A stretch of 64,000 nt of DNA from Octopus vulgaris (Eukaryota), in assembly GCA_951406725.2 (NCBI GenBank), contig OX597840.1:37820001-37884000 (forward strand), read 5' to 3'. This document shows positions 55,515 to 64,000 of this stretch, piece by piece. The first letter of the stretch is position 1. Each line of letters starts with the position of its first letter. The position numbers and the translations under genes are program-made. The notes under the pieces were generated by a model that was given only the letters and a program-made list of their open reading frames with translations, made no database searches and was not told the origin of the DNA.

Positions 55515-56191
55515 AAGAATGTATCTGGTGGACGAGTCTGAAAGGATTGGAGACAAACACTTTCCTCTCTGGTCAATCTCTCATCAACTTCTTCAAGTAC
55601 CACTTGAAAAGGAAAGTGAGAGTAGAGAGGCAAGTTTTGTCTAGCGAATGTTTAAAAAAAGATGGGTGAATGTAGCAAGGATGGCACGTATGAATGACGA
55701 AGCCACCTTGAGCATAATCCTATGAACCCAGAAATTGAAAACAGAGGGTTACCCACTTGCAAACAAATGTGGTAACATATAACAATATTGACCAAGGTTA
55801 CCGTGGTCTTTTTCGTAGGCTTTTCTTCCCACGGATAAACCTTACTTGCTTTCCCCTTTACACCATATATCATAACACTGTGATACACGATCCCTATTGA
55901 TCGTTTTTTTTCCTCTTCCCCCTTTTTTCCCCTTTTTCTTCTTTTTTCATTTCTCTTTCCTTTTGTTCCTTTTCCTTTTCCTTTTCTTTTTTTTCTTTTT
56001 ATTCCTTTTATTTTATTCAAATTTTCTTTTTTTTTTGTTCTTTTCTTCCCTTTTACGATCCCTCTTGATCGAAAACCTACGCCACCCTCTTTTTTTTCTT
56101 TTGTTTTTTGTTCTCTTCATCCCCCAAAAGAAAAGCTCTACCTTGTAACTTGTCCCATCTGTGTGCAGCCCTGTGTGGCCAATAAAGAAAC
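55515..56191 (+). mobile_element. Tx1/L1-clade LINE 3' end (ORF2 C-terminus plus 3' UTR) in (TATC)n
   Basis: Translates [45 protein letters not shown], then after one frameshift FKKRWVNVARMARMNDEATLSIIL*, matching the Tx1-type IWxxR...FxxRW pattern; T-rich UTR, AATAAA, then (TATC)n. Confidence 0.7.
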
Positions 56192-57000
56192 TTATCTATC
56201 TATCTATCTACCTACCTACCTACCTATATATCTATCTATCTATATATCCATCCATCTATCTATCTATCTCTCTATCTATCTACATATCTATCTATTTATC
56301 TACCTATTTATCTATCTATCGATGTATCTATATATATATCTGTATCGATATCTAAATCTATACCTACATATATATTTACATATACACATTTGCTTACATA
56401 TTCATTTTATGGACTTGCATTAGAATATTTATAATCTTTTTAAGGGAAACGATTGCAAAAGTTCCATATTGGTGTTTGCATCTTTTTGACAACGGGTTGT
56501 ATTAAAGATAGTTAGAAATTAACTCGTTTAGCTCAGTGACCATAAAAGGCAATATTTGACATAATGTTTATTTAAATATTTAATAAATTAAATAATACGA
56601 ACTCATTTAATCAGTGTAATAATATTTACACTTCTAGTTGTTGGAATATCAAATATATTAAATTTTAATCAATGTTAAGATATTTATTACATTTTGCATT
56701 AAAAATTAACATTTAAGTTAGAGCTAAAGTATTTATTGTCTGGAATATTTCATTATATTATTTGTTTTCTGTGTATCTCTCTATCTATCTTTATACGTAT
56801 CTCTCCCATTCTCTCTCTCTCTCTCTCTCTCTCTGTGTTTGCTAGTCTGTCTATTAACCTATGTCTCTACTTATATATGTATGTATACGTGTATGAATGT
56901 GTGTGTGTGTGTGTATTTATAAATCTGTTTGCTTGTCTGTCTGTCTCTCTGCAAATAGACAGATAAATAAATAAATTACAGAAATATATAAAAACGTGTC

Positions 57001-57140
57001 TTATCTTTTACTCGTTTCAGGCGTTGGACTGCGGCCTTGGTGGGGCACCAGCTTAAAGGGTCTCAGTCGAATGGATCGACTTCTCTAATTGCATTTTAAA
57101 GGCTGGTTCTTATACTATCGGTCTCATTTGGCGAACGACT
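57001..57140 (-). mobile_element. SINE family B, 3' end fragment
   Basis: tcttttactcgtttcag...actgcggccttggtggggcacc...ttctt...tatcggtctcatttggcgaac. Confidence 0.7.
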
Positions 57141-57344
57141 TACACGAATAATTTCTTTTTAGTGATCATGTATATGTGGTGCAAGTTAGCTCGGTCTCTT
57201 CAGTCAAATCGACGTCTTCCGAACAGGTGCACTGCGGCAGGTGTTAAACTGATCACAAAACATCGGGAGATGAAGTGTCTGGCTCGAGGATAAAACACAC
57301 CAATCAGTCTAGCAACACACTAAGCAGGAGACAATGCGCCCATA

Positions 57345-57709
<365 letters not shown>

Positions 57710-57710
<1 letters not shown>

Positions 57711-57776
57711 GCTGCCCTGGTAACTATTCATTCATTTATCCGTGTTAATTGTTAACAAGGTAAAATACACTCATCT
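57710..57776 (+). repeat. Short dispersed repeat end, also at about 62032-62099
   Basis: gctgccctggtaa...gtgttaa.tgttaacaaggtaaaa(a)tacactcatct at both sites, each running into a microsatellite. Confidence 0.75.
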
Positions 57777-58019
57777 ATTTATATATTTATATATATGTAT
57801 TTTATAGGTTCGAAATGTTAAGGATTTTCTTACATTTTTCCTCAGCATCAATCTAACACACTTTGTTATTTTTTTATCTCGTCCTTACATTTTTTTAAAA
57901 AAATTCTGGAGCACACAAAAACACACGCGCACACACACGCACACACACACACACACAGATACACACACACACAAATACTGACAAAGTGATCCGCTGATGC
58001 TTCCTACAATGGCAAAAAC

Positions 58020-58270
58020 TTCCCTTCCAGTCCCTATTCTTTTGTTCCTTTTGTTCACTTTATAGGTCTGTCACCTTGCAATAATATACTTTCTACCAAT
58101 TTTGTTGTCGATTTATGGCTGGAATTATTCTATGATTGAATTTGTCGCAGCTGATCTTCCCTGAGTGCCACCCTGAATGTTTAGCAGCAGATAATCCTTG
58201 GACTTCTTCCTCAATATCACTTCCTTGAGATTCCTTGATTCTTGTAATTAATCCCTTTCCTAATTCGGTT
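58020..58270 (-). mobile_element. Possible decayed RTE LINE C-terminal relic
   Basis: Minus translation ALREDQLRQ...TTKLVESILLQGD loosely resembles the RTE pattern RQLRWFGHV...RLxKxILxG. Confidence 0.3.
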
Positions 58271-60106
58271 GGTGTTAGCGCCAGTACCCACCAAGCGATT
58301 GTTTTACTTTCCCTGAAAACGAAGATGATTTCTCTAAATTAATTAAGAATTAATCTTGTAAGGTATTTAATATATATATTATTAGTTTTCGTTACACACA
58401 CAAACACACACACACACATATTGTTTGTATATGTGTCTGTAATGGATAGTGTACGTGCTTATGTGTCTGTGTTTTTGTGAAGCTAGTTTTTGCTGACAAC
58501 TGAAATCTATCCCCAATGTTGAAGTAGTGTTTGATGTATTTCAGAGCAGCACATATTTAATGTACGTGCCATTTCCAACATGTAATAAATAGATTGGAAT
58601 ATGATGAAATTTGTTAGCTGGAATCTGGCACGCAATATACGACACGTGAATGACACCTGCGCTGGTGATGTAATAATAGACCATTAAATCACACACATAC
58701 ACACACACATGCATATATATATACGCTGTGGTGTCGATATCTAGAGGAATATATATGATGTATATGGTGAGAGAAATAGAGATAGAGAGAAAAAGAAGGG
58801 GAGAGAGAGAGCAGGGGTAGAGAGGTAATGAAAAAGGAAATGTGAGATATAAAGAGAGAAGGAAATATACAAGCAACATGATAAATTGAAAATTTAGAAG
58901 GAAAGAAGGAGAATAAGAAGGAAATGGAGACAAATTGAAGAAATATCTACAGATATTTCCGAAACACACATTTTACATATACGACATTGTATTTCAAAAT
59001 TAATAAGGCTTTCCTTCATTCCTAAGAAAGGAAACCCCACAAAACTATACATTAAACAATTATGAGTTATAGAACAGAACTGGAGTTCGCTTGAAGCATT
59101 TCGGTTATAGAAGTAGAATTATCGATCCAAAATGGCACAATCAATGTAAATACACAATTCTTTGGTTGTATTCTTGTGAAGATAGAGCTTTGAGTCCGAA
59201 ATATAAAGGTTTTTAAAACTTTCCGCTTTGTTAAAAGCTTTCTTTATTTCTCATTTCATTCATGTTCTGCAGCTATGAATTATGTTTAAATGGAAGTTGG
59301 AGACATTTTTGTTACTTTTATTACGTTCTGTAAATGTATGTAGAAAGGATTGTTTCCTCAGCTGTTTACGATACACGAAAACGTTGGTTTTAAAACAACT
59401 CCGTCTAACCGTTTGGAAGATAATGAATGAGACTCTATTTCACGGCTGGATTTGCTAAGTATCTTAGACAAATCTCTCTCAAAAATCATTTACAGCATCT
59501 TAAAAACGATGGCCACTTGTCGCAAGACGATTAATAAATTCGTATATGCCAACGGTAAGATTTCAAGGAGATTTGATGGAATATTCCCAGTGGTGTCATC
59601 GAAAATTCAGTCAAATTTACATCACATAACACCGTATTATCTTTAAAAGGAGCAAGCGAGAATATCTGTTGCTCATTGTAGAATTATTAGAATTATTAAA
59701 ATCTCACAGAAGATTTATTATCCCATATTATATATATCATATATATCGGATGTTTCAGTCCTAGCTACAATACACCAGGAAAGAAAAAGCACTTTTGAGG
59801 TTAGAATGCCAATCAATTGTTAATAATTGGTCTTGGCAGTTACCTTCTGGCGGACATCAAGAGAAACACTATAGTTAAACCTCAAGAATGATGGTCCAAA
59901 TAGTATTCTTTATTGCGGTCATTTAACTCGCTAGAAATAGTAGTGGGATCTTAGTTATGGCTGAGAACTATAAGCGCCATGCAATGAACGGGACAGGATT
60001 AGTTTATTTAGCGGGAAAAGCAAACATTTGGTTCTACTAAACACGGTGTCTGTTCTTTATGCATTTACACTTGGACGACTGAATTCTAAAAATGAAACGA
60101 AAGACG

Positions 60107-60400
60107 TCAGTAGGCGAACATAACCAATCTTGCTGGAAGTATCTCGAGGTATTTCAATTCTTCATTCATTATTATGTTATCCAGTCCAATTGATCCCAGT
60201 TTCAATGGCGATGTATTGTGGGAGTATTGTGGAATGAGATAATTAAAATAATCTTTGGTGCGTAAGTTCTTGCTTATGGAAAATAATAATTGTTGTCCAT
60301 TTTGCAGGATTGCGTAGGAGAACGCAGGTGGATGAGTATAAAAGGAACCAATTAGCAGACGACTGTTGCTGTTTTGCAGACAGCTTAGAGCGAAAGGAAC
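60107..60400 (-). mobile_element. Possible LINE RT thumb relic
   Basis: ORF contains QNGQQLLFSISK...PLKLGSIGLDNIIMNEELKYLEIL, resembling the post-YADD KT...KYLG region. Confidence 0.35.
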
Positions 60401-60441
60401 CATCAGTTTTGGTCGACCTTCTTATAAACGTCAACAGTATC

Positions 60442-60675
60442 TGTTTCTTTATTGCCCACAAGGGGCTAAACATAGAGAGGACAAACAAGGACAGATGAAC
60501 GGATTAAGTCGATTACATCGACCCCAGTGCGTAACTGGTACTTAATTTATCGCCTCTCGAAAGGATGAAAGGCAAAGTCGACCTCGGCGGAATTTGAACT
60601 GAGAATGTAACGGCAGACGAAATACGGCTGGGCATTTCTCCTAGCGTGCTAACGTTTCTGCCAGCTCGCCGCCCT
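60442..60675 (-). mobile_element. SINE family A, full length with 24-bp TSD
   Basis: TSD cttcttataaacgtcaa(c/t)agtatc at 60418-60441 and 60676-60699. Confidence 0.93.
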
Positions 60676-61652
60676 CTTCTTATAAACGTCAATAGTATCA
60701 ACGAATCCACAAGCAAAGGAAATTCAGCGTGACATAAAATGTGACAAGGAAGGACTTTTTGTGTACAGGAATCACGCAATCTCGACACTGGTGCAAAGAG
60801 AAAAACAGTTTCTTGCGCAAGGATGCAATGCGCCATCAGTTATCGAACTGATGACCGTACGATTGTAATACGTTTACTCTAAGCACTTAGTCACGCTATG
60901 TATCTCTGTTTGTCGCCGAAAGGGTTTGGTTTTCGAGTCCTGCGTCCAAAGGAGAAGGTTTTTGGTGTTTGTTAATCAAAAGAATGTTGTTTATTACCAG
61001 AATTAACTCAACTTTACGATCTCCAATTCTAACAACCTGTCTATCTGCCTGTCTCTGCCTGTCTGTCAATCTCTGTCTGTCTGTCTTTGTCTGTCTGTCT
61101 CTATCTGTCAGTCTCTGTCTGTCTGTCTGTCTGTCTGTCTGCCTCTCTCATTATATCTTTGGCTCTATCTGTCTTACTTGTTTATCTCTCTTTTTCTTCT
61201 CTCTTCTCTCTATTTTCTTTCTTTCACTCTTCCTCTGTGTAAGTTTTTCATTCATGCTGTGTGTTTGCATGTGTAGGAGTGTGTACAAAATTGTTACCGC
61301 AGGATGCATTTCCATTATGGGCTTTATACATCATTTATACATCATTAGCGAACATCGAAGAAAATCATTCAGGTCTAATGAATAATTTTCAGAAATCTGT
61401 CACCTAGCAGTGCTATCGGTTTGGGGCAACGGAGGCAATTGGTGACCCGAAATAAACTCTATAGGCATTGTGGTGCAGCTATCTGCACCTGCAGAAGGTG
61501 TGATCTCTTTTTGCCACCGCGTTTCGTCTTTATCTTTGTCATTACTTTCTCTCACTCACTCTCATTCACAGCTATTACCCTCACTACTTCTCCTTCACTG
61601 AATAAGTATTTCATCTCCTCTCCATTCACATCTTACTCAATATATATATATA

Positions 61653-61680
<28 letters not shown>

Positions 61681-61683
<3 letters not shown>

Positions 61684-61951
61684 GAATAAAAAATGGAGTT
61701 AACGCAGGTGTAAACAAATATTTTTACTTTCGACACATGTTTCTGATACTATTCAAAAGAATAAATGGTATAAACAATGCAATCTTCTCTTCGGGAAAGT
61801 GAAAAAAACGAAACTCGTCAATACGACATTTTAGCAAAAAATGATGGATTTGTATAGCGATAGACAGAACGCTATCAGTGGAATTTTCGAAACATGTGTC
61901 GAAAGTAAAAATATTTGTTTACACCTGCGTTAACTCCATTTTATATTCATA
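61681..61951. mobile_element. Small fold-back element with 63-bp terminal inverted repeats and a hammerhead-like motif
   Basis: 61681-61743 is the reverse complement of 61889-61951 with one mismatch; follows a (TA)n tract. Confidence 0.8.
61726..61800 (-). ncRNA. Hammerhead-like motif with long loop II
   Basis: acuuuc-CCGAAGA-(about 44 nt)-GAAA-c(augu)g-UC-gaaagu; perfect 6-bp stem I and GUC triplet, but U4 is replaced by C and stem II is unclear. Confidence 0.5.
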
Positions 61952-62096
61952 TTATTCAAAATATTCAACGTAAACACGAAGTTTCTACCTTTATAAACAA
62001 GGAGTTACAACACCTTTACTTGTGAGAATTTTGCTGCCCTGGTAAGTATTTATTTATTTTTCTGTGTTAAGTGTTAACAAGGTAAAAATACACTCA

Positions 62097-62175
<79 letters not shown>

Positions 62176-62564
62176 ATGTAGTATATATATGGATTATTTT
62201 TCCATTTGAGAGTGGTCGATTTTTAGTATTCTCGTTTGTGAGAGCAGCTCAGATATTATCATTTTAAAAATCCTCTCCGGCTAATCGTTGAGAGGACGTT
62301 GGTGTTACTTTGGCAGACTTTTGCGATCTCTGAGTGCTCTTGTTATTGTTGTTATTATTGAAAGCGACGAATTATGAATGCTTACAGCTCTTTACGTTTT
62401 CCGTTTCAATCCCTCCTTGATCAACTGGAATATTGATCTATTTGGGGTCGATAAAATAAAGTACCAGTCAAGTACAATGGTTGGTGGCTGCGAATAATCC
62501 CATCCTCTTTGAATTCCTACTCTACTGCCGGATTCAGAAACCAGTATTCTTATCCTCAAAAAAA

Positions 62565-62870
62565 GTAGTAGTAGTAGTATTAGTAGTAGTAGTAGTATTA
62601 GTAGTAGTAGTAGCAGCTTTAGTAGTGGTAGCAGCAGCAGTAGTAGCAGCAATAGCAGTAGTGGTAGTAGTAGTAGTAGCAGCAGTAGTGGTTGTACCAG
62701 TAGTAGTAATAGCAGCAGCATTAGTAAGTAACGGTGGTAGTAGTATTATTAGTAGTGCAGCAGCAGCAGTAGGCGTAGTAGTAGAAGTAGTAGTAGCAGC
62801 AGCAGTAGTAGTAGTAGTGGTTGTTGTTTTTTATTGTTTGTTTGTTGTTTGTTGTTGTTGTTGTTGCAGT
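62565..62870. repeat. (TAG/CAG)n then (TTG)n microsatellite
   Basis: Direct runs. Confidence 0.9.
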
Positions 62871-63299
62871 CTGATGTGGCTTCCATTATTCTTTCGCTCA
62901 GGTAAAAACCTTCTCGAGACTCGAGCAAATTGTAAATCTGTCTCAATAGCTTCGATTTGATGTATGTTATTGCCCTTCCGCTTACGTGAAGGGAATCCTC
63001 TTCAGGTAGGTAAGACTTTACCACCACCACCACCACCACCGCCCTTGTTGTTGTTGCTGCTGTTATTGTTTTTGCAATTGTTCTTCTTGTTGGTCTACTT
63101 ATTTGTTTTCTTTATTCTTTTTTCTCTTCTGTTCATAAATTTCTCTTCCCTCACATCCGTCTCTGCCTCCTCGATTTCCTTCCGAGGTGGGACATTACAT
63201 TGTTCTTTAGTTTCTTGAATTCAAAATTATTGCCAAACTCTTATTATCAAATTGTCTGCGTACCCCTCAACGAAACAGGTACTCGCGCACAATCAACGC

Positions 63300-63648
63300 A
63301 TGTGTATCTATTTTTATACACCATATTACACACATATATACACATATGAGTTTGCATGTATACATATATACAAATATACGCGTATAGATATATACATATG
63401 TGTGTCTCTGTGTATGTATGTATACATATAAAGAGACGTACACGTGTAGATATATACATGTGTGTGTCTGTGTGCATGTATGTATACATAAATAACTGTA
63501 TATAAATGTGTATAGATACGTGGGAATAGATAGAGTTATACACATTTGAATATAAACATTGTATAATACATATACATGTACATATCTAGAAATATAAAAG
63601 TACATATCTATGTATGTATATATATATGTATAAGTATATATATATGTA

Positions 63649-63697
<49 letters not shown>

Positions 63698-63714
63698 TAC
63701 ATATATACACATAC

Positions 63715-63775
<61 letters not shown>

Positions 63776-63833
63776 TATATATGTATATATATGTATATAT
63801 GTATATATCTATGTATGTATGAATGTATGTATG

Positions 63834-63870
<37 letters not shown>
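63300..63870. repeat. (TA)n/(TATG)n microsatellite
   Basis: Direct runs. Confidence 0.95.
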
Positions 63871-63873
<3 letters not shown>

Positions 63874-64000
63874 CACAATTTAATATTATTATGTAATAGA
63901 GGGCCTTGTGTACAGTTGGTATGTTTTGCTTAACTGTCAACTTTTCTCCCTGCTCTCTCTCTCACTCTCACTCCCTCTAGCACTCTGTCTTTGTCTCTCT

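Noticed and set aside
60299-60417. Plus-strand acceptor followed by LADDCCCFADS, resembling an exon or an RT active site
   Set aside because: No donor or further RT motifs; the opposite strand gives a competing LINE-like reading.

Overview
This is AT-rich, extremely microsatellite-rich eukaryotic DNA that looks intronic or intergenic. The repeat landscape resembles an Octopus/coleoid cephalopod genome; that assignment is from pattern recall and was not checked by a search. No intact host gene, rRNA, tRNA gene or CRISPR array is supported, and nearly all long ORFs in the track are translations of (TA)n, (CA)n, (TATC)n, (AAT)n, (GAT)n or (TAG)n tracts. The non-satellite sequence is mostly mobile DNA. 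It includes three tRNA-derived SINE families (some with TSDs, one forming exact 184-bp concatemers), two copies of a non-autonomous Helitron, a mariner 3' end and RTE LINE relics. It also includes a Tx1-like LINE 3' end inside (TATC)n, and two copies of a non-LTR 3' end sitting in (AAT)n next to a Dong/R4-like coding scrap. The most notable signal is a set of minimal type-I hammerhead ribozyme motifs from several unrelated families, lying in short Penelope-like terminal fragments inserted in (TA)n. One has a compensatory U3-A8 core, and two lie inside small fold-back elements. One possible spliced exon (10858-11096, minus strand) is flagged with low confidence.
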